NCBI RefSeq assembly: GCF_001194135.2
Contig: NC_069006.1
Coordinates: forward strand, 6,537,793-6,601,792
Length of the DNA: 64,000 nucleotides
Direction of reading: 5' to 3'
From: Octopus bimaculoides
Taxonomy: Eukaryota
The notes beneath the pieces are model-generated. The model was not told the origin of the DNA. It searched no databases and saw only the letters and a program-made list of their open reading frames with translations. Shown piece by piece: positions 1 through 10,850 of this stretch (the first letter of the stretch is position 1; the number at the start of each line of letters is the position of its first letter). The translations under genes were made by a program, and so were the position numbers.

Positions 1-1512
1 TGTTATATGTTAACACACCTACCACGAATTCACTAAAATATATCAAGGTTTTGTCTTTTATCATCTTATTTTTTTTTAGCATTGCAAAAAAAAGATATAT
101 AGAAGATATGAAAAAAATGCAAAGCTAAAAAAAAAAAAATTTTTTAAATACTCAGCCATCAACAATCATAAAAAAAAAGCAGAAAAAGTGTAGAAATTAA
201 TATAAAACCAGTCTAAGAGTCAAAACCAGACATTTAAACGCAGCCACATTGTCTCAACAAGTCGAAGATTAACAATGTGCAGAAGTTTCATGATAAGTGC
301 TGTTAATGTGCAACATATGCTTTTTTTTAGTTTTGGTAAAAAAATTTTTCCTTTTCTTCTTTTTAGGAACTACAGAAGGTGAAAAACTGAAAAACCAATT
401 TGAAGTTGTGTCGATTAATTCTATTGTCTTATGGAGATGATATTCATTCTCTCTGTCTTCTTCTTCATTGATCTAAGCATATATTCACTTGGAATGATGT
501 CTAGATCAGAGAAGGACTTTCTGATAAAACCTCTCCTTTTCGCTTCCTTCCCTTTCAATATTTCTTTTTCCTTTTTTTTTTCTCTCTTTATTTCATTGTC
601 TTCTGAATCATATATTGGAAACAATTTAATATATTAACACACTGAATGCTTCGATTCAAACATCATTTGAATAAAACCTCTTAAACCACTATTCCTACTA
701 AATCTACATGTTACTGCATATTTTCCATTGGCTGTCAAACAACAAAATAAAACAGCAAAAACATTCAGTTATTTTTTTCTTTTATTCTCTTCCTAGTGTA
801 TATTTTAGATACATAAATGTTTACCATCAGAATTTCATACCCTCTTGGCAAACTCCCACTATTTCTCTAAAAGTGAAATGTGTCTATGTTGTGGTTGGAT
901 GTAAGAGGAATGAAGAGGAAACAAGGAAAGAGTTAGCTCAAGGCTCAAGAAACTAGTTTCAATTCTTGCTAGTGACTGCTTGGCTACATTCCTATCTCCA
1001 CTGAAGAAAGACGCTACTATCAGCATTTCCATTTCTTTTCTCCAGTCAATTTAATGATACATTGTATAACAGCAGCAGCAAAAGTAATAGTAGTAGTAGC
1101 AGTGATGATGTTGGCAGTGATGATGATGTTGGCAATGATGATGATGTCGATGGAGTGGTGGTGGCCAGGTAATTATGATGTTGCTGGTGGGGATGGCTAT
1201 ATATATGTGACAATGTAGTTATATACAGCCTTGGCCAAAAGTATTAGGCCACCCCAATGTTTTGGAGTTCTGCTATCTCAATGCTCATGAAACTCATGCA
1301 CATCGTAGATTATGGTATATTTCACAATATACATTAGTTTTGATATCTGGTTGACCCCCCCCCCCTTTAATATTAATTACCACTTTTATACTGTACTGTA
1401 CATATGCAACCAATTATGAGTAAGACCAACGTCCAAAATTAACTCATGTTTCCTTGATTATTTCAGAGTTTTATGCTAAAATACTTTGTAGATACAGTTA
1501 ATAAACAGCAAA

Positions 1513-2663
1513 ATACCTAAAACAAGTGAGTCGAGTGAGTGTGAGCGAGGTCAAATCATAGCTCATCATGAAGATGGAATGTCTCAAAGGCAAATTGCTC
1601 AGAAGATGAAATGTTCTCAATGTGTGGTGCAAACGACTCTCAAGCACTTCAGAGAGGCATAAGATGTGAAGACAATTCAAAGAACAGGCAGAAAAAAAGG
1701 TTACATCACCTTGTGATGACAGATCCATCATCCGTCGGTTACTCAGAAACAGAAGAAAAATATCGTCAGAGCTCTGTGCGGACTTCAACAAGGCTAGCAC
1801 TTCACAAATATCAACCAGAACTGTTAGAAGAAGGTTTGTAGAGTAGTCTGAAAGGCTGTAAAACCAGGAAGAATCCATAGGTTTCTGAAGCGAATATGGA
1901 AAAACGTCTTCAGTTGGCCAAAAACCACTCAAATTGGACCAGTGAGCAATGGTCAAAAGTCATATGATCTAATGAAAGTAACTATGAGGTAAGATAGTAC
2001 ATGTATTCAATCAACATATAAACTTAATGTAATTGGCTTGTTGCCCAAAATATATTAAAAAAAGTATCGAACATAAAGCTAATATTATTTTTCCTGTTTT
2101 TACTCAGGTTTTCGGTACATCTGGTGCAACTTTTCTGCATCGCAGAGTTGGGGAAGCATTTAAGGCTGAATGTCTGGTACCAACCGTAAAACACTGGGGT
2201 GGTTCTATCATGGTGTGAGCCTGCATGTTTGCCACAGGACCCAGAATAATGCCTTTATGTCAGGGAAGGATAAATTCAGCTACCTATGTTTCTATGTTAT
2301 CAGATGTTTTAGAGCCATCAATTGCTAAATTGCATCCAGGAGTGCCAAAAAACAGTGTTATCGTTCAACAGGACAACACTGCATGCCATACAGCAAAGAA
2401 TACTCACCAATGGTTTGAGACACAGGGTATTGTTCCTATAGATTGGCCAGCTCAAAGTCCTGATCTAAATCCGATTAAACAACTATGGGGAACTTTTGGT
2501 GAGGCTATCAGGAACACAACAATTAAAAATAAAGAGCATTTGTACCAAAAATTGAGAGAAGAATCGAATAAAATTGTTCCTAGACCTTGCAAGAAACTAG
2601 TTGATACAATGCCTAACCGTATAAAAGCGGTAATTGATGCTAAAGGAGAGAACCAGATATTAA
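1513..2663 (+). pseudogene. Tc1 transposase pseudogene in two exons (about 1513-1988 and 2108-2663)
   Basis: N-terminal HTH-like segment (PKTSESSECERGQIIAHHEDGMSQRQIAQKMKCSQ), then WSKVI*SNESNYE|VFG, TVKHWGGSIMV*AC, QQDNTACH and WPAQSPDLNPIKQLW. There are 34 residues between the second D and the E position. The start is ATA, the first D is N, the E is K, and there are several stops and frameshifts. Confidence 0.92.
1989..2107 (+). other. 119-bp phase-0 GT-AG spliceosomal intron inside the Tc1 transposase
   Basis: GAG|GTAAGA donor and TTTTTCCTGTTTTTACTCAG|GTT acceptor. Removing it joins SNESNYE to VFGT, restoring the Tc1 SDESxxxxFG motif. Confidence 0.85.
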
Positions 2664-2780
2664 AACTAATGTATATTGTGAAATATACCATAATCTACCA
2701 TGTGCACAAATTTCATTAACATTGAGATAGCAGAACCCCAAAATGTTGGGGTGGCCTAATACTTTTGGCCAAGGCTATAG

Positions 2781-2823
2781 ATGTATATATATATATATAT
2801 GTGCACATACACATAGACCTTTA

Positions 2824-2864
<41 letters not shown>

Positions 2865-2896
2865 GCATATATAAATATACACACATTCATATACAG

Positions 2897-2956
<60 letters not shown>

Positions 2957-3015
2957 GCATATATAAATATACACACATTCATATACAGACATACATACAT
3001 ATATATATATATATA
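2781..3015. repeat. Compound (TA)n/(CATA)n microsatellite with a duplicated ~100-bp unit
   Basis: (TA)n runs, with the block ACACATATGCATATATAAATATACACACATTCATATACAGACATACATAC occurring twice about 100 bp apart. Confidence 0.9.
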
Positions 3016-3049
3016 ATACACACACAGATATAGATACACTCACCCACAT

Positions 3050-3210
3050 GGCATTCTTCTTTCAGTTTCTATTAACCAAATCCACTGACATGGCTTTAGT
3101 CTCTTTGAGGCTAAAGTAGAAGACACTTGCTCAAAGTACTGTGCAGGGTGACTGAACCTGAAACCTCATGGTTAGGAAGCAAACCTCTCAATCACATGGC
3201 CATGCCTGTG
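3050..3210 (-). mobile_element. tRNA-derived SINE, family A (GGCATGGCTGTGTGG head), 5' half
   Basis: The reverse complement matches the head of the copies at 24872 and 44494 (A/B-box-like motifs, CCTTGGGCAAGTGTCTTCTACTATAGCC core). Confidence 0.8.
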
Positions 3211-3219
3211 ACTACAAAT

Positions 3220-3264
<45 letters not shown>

Positions 3265-3268
<4 letters not shown>

Positions 3269-3876
3269 GAAGAGAAACGTTTATAATTATGAACAAGTCA
3301 CAATTATAACTAAGAGGGTTAAAAACCCTTACATGTTAAAAATAGCAGCCAAAACTGTTATAAAGCCATTATAAAACTCATATCATTTCTCCTCACGATA
3401 AACTCTGTCCTTGGATGACATGGCAAACAGAATCCACAACTTGAAAATAATTGGTTAATTCCCTATTGCAATTTTGGCATTAGGGACCACTTAAGGGACC
3501 CATTTGGCTCATCAGGGGAAATATTCCTATAGATAGAAATCAAAACAAGACTTTACCTTGGGGCTAGCATGAAACCCAGCCTGCAATAGAAATGTTTTCA
3601 CCTCTATCTACACAATCAAGCTTTGAATTCAAATGTCATGCACAGCATTTATGTGAGAAGACCGGTAATCTCAACCCGAAATTGCGATTATTTTCAAGTT
3701 GTGGATTCTATTTGCCATGTCGCCTGAGGACAGAGTTTATAGTGAGGTGAAATGATATGAGTTTTATAATGGCTTTATAACAGTTTTGGCTGCTATTTTT
3801 AACATGTAAGGGTTCTTTAACCCTCTTAGTTATAATTGTGACTTGTTCATAATTATAAACGTTTTTCTTTTTCATA
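3265..3876. mobile_element. MITE/foldback with ~185-bp terminal inverted repeats
   Basis: About 3265-3451 is the near-perfect reverse complement of about 3687-3876. The internal spacer is ~235 bp and non-coding. Confidence 0.88.
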
Positions 3877-4182
3877 TTTTATGATAGCATGTTTGGCCAT
3901 TGATATATTCATAAATAATCTTAATTATTTATAATATATCCTTCACAATGTTTTTACATTACTCGCCATCCATTTTAGAGAAAAATTTGTAGTTTAGAAT
4001 CAGTAGTTCTTTGACTGCTGTTTCTGAATTTTCAGTATGTTGGAGAAGCAACTCAATTGCTAATCCCTTATATTTATGATGATAAATGGTCTTACCGATA
4101 AAGGTTTATTTCATACTGAACTACTTGGCAAAATTGTTAATTGTTAATTCTATTATTAATTGACGATTCCCTGCCCTCATTT

Positions 4183-4222
<40 letters not shown>

Positions 4223-4270
4223 AGACCAAATGTGTACATATGCTGCTATATATATATATATGTAAAAAGT

Positions 4271-4414
4271 GAGAAAATAGACAGCTTCTGACAATGTGGT
4301 AAGTTTAATAAAACCATTATATTTTGGGTTCAAAGGCCCATCTTCAGAAGAAAGGAACAGGAATATTAAGGTTTTATTAAACTTTCTGCATCATTAGAAT
4401 CTGTCTATTTTCTC
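4271..4414 (-). repeat. 144-bp hairpin element with 53-bp imperfect arms and a CTGAAGA-stem-(G/A)AAA motif in its loop
   Basis: Arms at 4271-4323 and 4362-4414. The minus strand reads CTGAAGA TGGG CCTTTGAA CCC AAAA at 4347-4322. Confidence 0.7.
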
Positions 4415-4617
4415 TCTTTTCCCACTCCTCAATATTACAATGCTTCAAGCAAATTACAACACTCATATATACATATACATATATGTATGTATGTATGTAT
4501 GTATACTATAGTATGCAAATTAGTAGCACCAGTTTTCTGTAGGTACAGTAGTTGTTGAGTATATCAACAGATTGGTTGCTTGTTTCTTTGTGATTGGTCA
4601 CACTGATGTAGACACCT

Positions 4618-4652
4618 CTGATGAGAATCTAATAAGATCTGAAAATTGATTA
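4618..4652 (+). ncRNA. Degenerate hammerhead-ribozyme-like core, probably a Penelope-like pLTR relic
   Basis: CTGATGA (4618-4624), GAATCT-AATA-AGATCT stem-loop (4625-4640), GAAA (4641-4644). Two transitions would restore a perfect GGATCT/AGATCC stem. Confidence 0.45.
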
Positions 4653-4723
4653 AAGCTGCTCATCATTTTTTCAATCTCTCTCTCTGTATGTATGTATGTA
4701 TATATATATATATTTATATATAC

Positions 4724-4770
<47 letters not shown>

Positions 4771-5403
4771 TACATGTGTAGATGATTACATATACACGAT
4801 ATGAGATAGTCAGAGATATAACAGCTTTGGAGAGTTCTGCTTGATCAAGACTAAACAACAACAATGATAGTGACATCAATAATCGCATTAGCCCCAAACA
4901 TTCTGCCAGAATGCACACTGTTGGTGCAGAAAAGCAACCACTTCTAAGCTCTGACTGAATTATGCAGTGGCCACCACCAAGCATAAAATTCACTGCTGCC
5001 CCTTTGTAGTGGTCAACACCTCCAAGCAAAAAGAGACAGGGAATGGAGAAATGCAACATACTCAGACTACTGCATTACACTCCCTACAGTACATAACTAC
5101 ATTCAGAAGAGCACCATGGCACATCTATCAAAACCAGTTATGGGGATGACATCTATTAGATTTCACAGCTTGTAGGGCACTGTTTATTCCCAACTAACCT
5201 CTCTGATTACAAATTGTAATCTGTGCCTTACAAATACAAGTTACTGGCAAGGGTTGGTTTAAGACAGGTTTGCTGAAACTGAGGTGTGCTTTATAATTAT
5301 TCACACCTTATGACCTTATACATCAGAATAAGAATCCCGTGAGGTGATTTGTTAACTCTGCTAGCAATGTCGGTGAAATCTCTTTCAAATTGAACTCTCT
5401 TAA

Positions 5404-5776
5404 CCCTTTAGTATTTGTTATATTGCAATACTACACAGTGGCAGTGTGAGCTACGAAATCCTTGTCGCCACTGTTATATCACACGTCTGGATGACCTCTA
5501 CTCAACTACCCCACGTCTAGACTTCTCCCTCTATATCTATGTATTGGGCTAGCCTACTTCATCGTCTGGGGGCATCGACACAACAGTATTCAAACCAGCC
5601 ATATCCGGTCCAAATATTTTATTTGTTTTATGTCAAAGCCAACCAGATCTGGCCTCTCACACCTATTCAACAATATTATTCTAAAAATGAACAATCACAT
5701 CATTGAAATTTCAAATCTACAAACGATGTAAATTAATAAGAATTACACTCAACAAATTAATCTGAATACTAAAGAG
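5404..5776 (+). mobile_element. piggyBac-type MITE, family 1, interrupted by a solo LTR
   Basis: TTAA at 5400-5403 and 5777-5780, with CCCTTTAG...CTAAAGAG ends. The body matches the copies at 41773, 43972 and 47803. Confidence 0.8.
5416..5585. mobile_element. 170-bp solo LTR-like insertion (TGTT...AACA) with a 5-bp TSD, GTATT
   Basis: GTATT at 5411-5415 and 5586-5590. The insertion has TG...CA termini, is absent from the other MITE copies, and is CpG-richer than its flanks. Confidence 0.75.
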
Positions 5777-7749
5777 TTAAATAAGAAAATGATACATTGA
5801 ATAATCTACTTTTAGACATATCCCTAAAAATAACAGTGGGGTATTTGTTATATTGTAGGTCTGTTCCACTAGGGCTGACTAGGGGCTGGGCAACAACTCC
5901 TTATTGTAACAAAAGTCTGCTCAATCAAGTTGACTGAGACTAGGGAACAACAGAGCAAATAAATTGATTTCTATGAAGATGGCATATAGATCTAGAAAGG
6001 CTGTTATTGACTGTTTTTGTTTTCAATCCCCTCATTTTGATGTTTAAAGAGGAAGGGGTGACTCATATCTAAACTTCAAAATAAAGGGATCAGAAATATT
6101 TCAGCATGATATAATTTAATATGTGTGCATGTGTGCATATATATGTTTGTATGTGTATGTGTGTATGTGTGTGTGTGTGTGTGTGTATTTGCATGTGGTA
6201 TTTATATATCTTTTCACATTTTAGAAAGCTTTGATTTTTTTTCTAGAATTGTAAAGGTTTCTAATATAGAAAATATGTAAAAAAAAATGCACAAAAAATA
6301 AATACATGAGAAGCAATCACTGTTTGAGGTCGTGATATTAATCAAAAAAGCAATATATTGGATTTGGGTAAATCAAGTGAGATCAATTAAGTGCAGAAGT
6401 GTCAGAGTTTCGAGTTTGTACATCCCATGTTGTAAACTTGATTAAATTTATGGTATCAAAATGGAAAATTGTGAATCCATACAGCTGTGGAATATTTGCA
6501 CAATGTCAGTGAGACATACCATTATTATAGTATCTTGCTGATTTGCACTGTTGTCTGATGAAGATATATCTATAAAGAACCGGTGATATTTACTGTGTTA
6601 TGCTCTAGAAATATAGTACTATGATATAATATTGAAGCTATGGTGTGTCACAAAGACATGCCATTATAGAATTAAAATTCTATAATAATGGTTAATGTAA
6701 CAACAGGCAAAATGTCAATATTATTCCATCACTGCTAGAATAAGATATGGTAAGTTTGGTTGGTACAGGAATCACAATGAATTAACTGATTTATTGAATG
6801 TTTTTATGGTCAAAGAAAAGTAAATATTTGTCTTTAATTAGAGGGGATTTATTTAGAAATGAACTCGAGTCGACATAACTTGATTCCATGACAAATGTAA
6901 AAGATTCAAGGAATGAAGACAGACTATAAAAATTCTAATACCAACGTTGTGGAGTGAGATAGAACCTGAAACCATTTAATCACAAAGTGAACTCTATATC
7001 CAGCCAAGTTGGCACCTAGAATCTCAGGAAAAAAATCCAGATGTTATGGTCATGGCTGGAAAGGCTTTGTTCACAGGCCTGCTGGATCAGGACTGAGTAG
7101 GGGCTACACAACATAAGACATTTTCATAAACCTTCTCAAAATCTTGATTATAACGAAACTGAAAACCCACAGGGAATTGCTCATTAAAAATACCACCACA
7201 GAGATGAGGAGTTTGGTGATTAAACAGACAAGATATATTTTAAAAGAGATTCAAAGAGATTTCTGTTATATTTTGTACACAAAGAACAAAAACAAAACTT
7301 GTAACCACCTTTGAGTGCTTCAAGGGAAAAAAAAAAATGGTAAATATTACTTTAACATTTCAGAAAGGAAATTGATTTATAGGAATTGAATAGTTTCCCT
7401 TCCTTGGATTAGTCCCCACTTGTTATCTGGACAACAATTTCCTTTGTACATAATTATACAATGATGTGTTTAAGCTTCATAAATCATAGTTCGTTTGGGA
7501 AAGATAACCTATACGAAATATTTACATACATTTCAAGGGAATATTTATACAAAAGATAAATATATGTTCTCTACCAAGACCTTTGCACTAACTGAAACCT
7601 ATTCATGGGTCAAATGGAGAGCAATTACCAGGAAAATATTGACCATTAACTATTGGTATCTGTACTAACAGAGATAGCTCTGTCTCTCTTTCTCTCTCTC
7701 CCTCTCTCACTCACTTTCTCTCTCTGTCACAGAACCTATTCCAATTTTC

Positions 7750-8000
7750 TATTATATGGTAAACATATTCCTTGAGATAGGTTTTCCAAGTTGCCAATCA
7801 TTAAAGCACAACTTAGTCATCTGAACAAACAGGATATGGTTATCTTTACAACACACATTTATGTTGATTTTTTTTTCCCCTCCCTCCTTTGTGACATAGC
7901 TCCTTGTAGATTTATAGTAAATTGTATTTTCTAGAAGTGGAATGATTGACATCAATACAAACAACTGATACAGTTTGTAGCCTTCTTGTCCAACCAGCAT
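7750..8000 (-). mobile_element. Possible highly degraded Penelope-like RT C-terminal fragment
   Basis: LENTIYYKST resembles the PLE motif TxVYRKPT. A shifted frame gives CSDD...LATWKTYLKE, resembling ICS...EL..L..NGYP. The match is weak and was judged by eye. Confidence 0.3.
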
Positions 8001-8207
8001 TTAGAGATATCCTGTACACCATTGTCCATTCCACTGGACTCATTCTTTCATGTAATTTCTTTAGGGTATTCAACTATGTAATTGTATATAATTATTGGTT
8101 CGGTGTAATTGTATGATGAGAAAACTTTCTCTCAACTTTAGTTCCATTGTGAACCAATGACCAATCTTACCTATCTTTCAGTAATCTACACTGATACTGA
8201 AAGTAAG

Positions 8208-8210
<3 letters not shown>

Positions 8211-8257
<47 letters not shown>

Positions 8258-8520
8258 TAGCTGCTTTCTCATATATGAGCAAAGCCATTGCTAGACAGAA
8301 TCACTGAAATGAGTCATCAGTGATGCAATGTGAGGCCCTTGTATGACTCTTGAGCCTGGCCAAACATTTGCACATTCTATTGCATAATGCACAGCTGTGC
8401 TTGCTGGCAAAGGGAACCAGTGCCACAGTATGAACTCCTTTCACATGCCTTTTTAATCCTCCAACTGAAAGGCACACCTTTCCACAAGTTGTACATGTTC
8501 TGTAGTGAGCAATAGCCATA
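8211..8520 (-). mobile_element. Tandem C2H2 zinc-finger pair, probably the 3' end of an RTE-type LINE ORF, followed by a (TA)n tail
   Basis: Two CX2CX12HX4H fingers at 8328-8495 (CTTCGKVCLSVGGLKRHVKGVH and CALCNRMCKCLARLKSHTRASH). There is no TGEKP linker. The (TA)n run at 8211-8255 lies just 3' of the fingers. Confidence 0.55.
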
Positions 8521-8531
8521 TCACAATTTAT

Positions 8532-8720
8532 CATATCATCATCATCATTTAACATCCATTTTCCATGCTGGCATGGGTTGGACAGTCTGACAGGAGTTGG
8601 CAAGGCTGGGAGCCATACCAAGCTCCATTATCTGTTCTGATATGGTTTCTATGGCTGGATGCCCTTCCTAACATTAACCATTTTACAGAGTTTACATGGC
8701 ACTATCAATGATGCATTTTA
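8532..8720 (-). mobile_element. RTE LINE 3' UTR fragment with a (GAT)n tail
   Basis: Matches the 3' end of the RTE copy at 39553-39789 (CATCATCATCGTTTAACGTCCGCTTTCCATGCTAGCATGGGTTGGAC). Confidence 0.8.
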
Positions 8721-8740
8721 CTATTTTACCTTGCAAGACA

Positions 8741-8797
<57 letters not shown>

Positions 8798-8810
8798 TGT
8801 GTGGATATTA

Positions 8811-8994
8811 CAATGAAATAAGAAATCTATCAGGGAAACTCCAGAAGAGAATGTAGAGGGTGGCTTGGGTTAATATACTTTGTATGAAATGAGATAGGCA
8901 TCACATGGCATTTGGTAGGTAGTCAGTTATTATATGGAGACAAAACACACACGCACATATCTAAAGATTAAATATTTCTATCTATATAAATTAG

Positions 8995-9058
<64 letters not shown>

Positions 9059-9769
9059 CTATGCTTTTCAAAGATACCACAGTTGGGATATTAAAGCCTG
9101 GCATTGATGTATATAATTGTGTATATGTGTAAAAAAAGCACATGAATTTGCACACATTACAAATAAAACTGTACTAACATTCTATTCCAGTAATAAAGAA
9201 GAACAACAGAAAAGAAACTGGAGATTGCTCTAAGTTGCTGTGAGGAGACACTACAAGTTGTACATCAGTAATCCAATGGAGAAAGCTGACAACATCTCAA
9301 TGCAATCAGTTGCACAATTTCAACAATAAAATACAACTAGATAGAAATAATTGGCACGCTTTCAAGGACAAGAGAAAATTAAATAGTTTTCCAACAGCAA
9401 AAATACAATCAAAAGATCTGATCATCACCACACTCATTCCACACACCAGTTCAATTATAGTGATAAAATGTCTTAAACCTCTTTAAAGTGTGGAGGAGAA
9501 GCCAAGAAGTGATGGCAGCATTTTGTTGAGTGTAGGTCAGCATTTTGTTGAGTGTAGGTCATCACGAGGATTAATCCAAGCTGGAATGTTATTGCAATGA
9601 AATAAGAAATCTATCAGGAAAACTCCAGAAGAAAATGTAGAAGGTGGCTTAGGCTAATGTACTTTGTATGAAATGAGATAGGCATCACATGGCATTTGGT
9701 AGGTAGTCAGTTATTATATGAAGACAAAACACACACACACATATCTAAAGATTAAGTATTTCTATCTAT
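8811..9769. repeat. 175-bp direct repeat (8811-8985 and 9595-9769) flanking a ~610-bp segment
   Basis: The two copies differ only by scattered substitutions. The spacer begins with (TA)n and has a 22-bp tandem duplication near its right end. Confidence 0.9.
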
Positions 9770-10430
9770 TTTTAAATGATTTAAACACTGTAATGATGAT
9801 AGTTCAAATATGTTGATCATCTTATCTTGCATATCATTAACAAAGTTTCTGCAATAATAAGACGGTTTCTGTTAAAGTACTTTCTGAATCAGTTTATTGA
9901 AGTTCCAAATATACTAGTCACAAGAAGTGACTACAACTGAATTATGTTGATTACTGGTAAATCATATTTACATAAACACTAGTCAACTCTTTGGAAAATA
10001 ATGAAAAATTTAGTGAAATAATTTTGTCATTCTTGAGTGAATGTTTAATTTTAAAATTAAACATTAATTTACTTTAAAATATGAATTTTGTATCAAAGAA
10101 CAGGGGCAGTCTCAAGCAGACAGACACTACGTCTGTTTACTTTCCACTCAAGGTGCAATATAAAGCCATACAGGAAGATGGGTGGATGTTTAAATTTTTT
10201 TTTCTTTTCTTTTCTTTTCTTTTATACATTTTCTTTCCTAAGTTAAAATGAAACTATGCTTGGAAAGTTTTTACATTTTTATTCCAAGATTTGTTTTCCT
10301 GTGTAAAACATGGTTACAAGAAAACAAAAATAAATCACTAAAAAGAAAAACAAAAAGTTAGAATAAATCATAAAGGTTTTAAACTAAAAAGTAGTTAGAA
10401 ACAGAAATTTATTGAGTTCAGTTTTGATCA

Positions 10431-10793
10431 AGTGTTGGTATTGTAGTTAGGGTGTTGTGCTCACAATTGCCAAATCAAGGGTTCAATTCCCAGACTGGGT
10501 GGCATGTTGTGTTCTTGAGCAAAACACTTCATTTCACATTGCTCTAGTACTGTGTAGGGACCAGCATGTCAAAGAATAGACCCAACATTTCCTCTGCATG
10601 TGGTAAAAGGTGACTAAAACATAAGATTTGCACTCTAACCTTACAAAACCCTCAGCAGTAATGACCACCCAAACAGACCCATGGACTGGAGGGTTGATGC
10701 CTGGGTGGTGCAGAGGAGTCATCTGCCAGGAATAAGAGGGAATCACCAACAAATGGTGGATGCAGTGATGCACTGTTACAATACATGCTCCCA

Positions 10794-10850
<57 letters not shown>
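10431..10850 (+). mobile_element. tRNA-headed SINE, family B, with an (ACT)n tail
   Basis: tRNA-like head (GGGTTCAATTCCC), GTGTTCTTGAGCAAAACACTT core and (ACT)n tail at ~10793-10850. An inverted paralogue lies at 13140-13546. Confidence 0.75.

Larger units (their letters stand above)
1226..2777 (+). mobile_element. Full-length Tc1-family DNA transposon (DD34E), inactive
   Basis: Imperfect 127-bp TIRs at 1226-1352 and 2651-2777 (CAGCCTTGGCCAAAAGTATTAGGCCACCCC...). TA dinucleotides flank it at 1224-1225 and 2778-2779. A transposase relic lies inside. Confidence 0.95.

Noticed and set aside
80-440. Two apparent plus-strand terminal exons (IAKKRYIEDMKKMQS* and TTEGEKLKNQFEVVSINSIVLWR*)
   Set aside because: Any pyrimidine tract plus AG gives a short open frame of this length by chance. 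There is no homology and no linking exon.
2756-3049. ORF-track entries rich in YI, HT or CV repeats, here and at many other loci
   Set aside because: They are translations of (TA)n and (CA)n microsatellites, or frames running through N gaps.
4800-5150. Peptide ending EKQPLLSSD* (dileucine-like sorting motif) and the 153-aa minus-strand ORF
   Set aside because: There is an in-frame stop upstream with no good acceptor, and the minus ORF runs through a microsatellite. It is more likely an old retroelement remnant that I could not classify.
5841-5855. GTATTTGTTATATTG identical to the TSD plus the solo-LTR start
   Set aside because: Similarity stops after 15 AT-rich bases and there is no second LTR.
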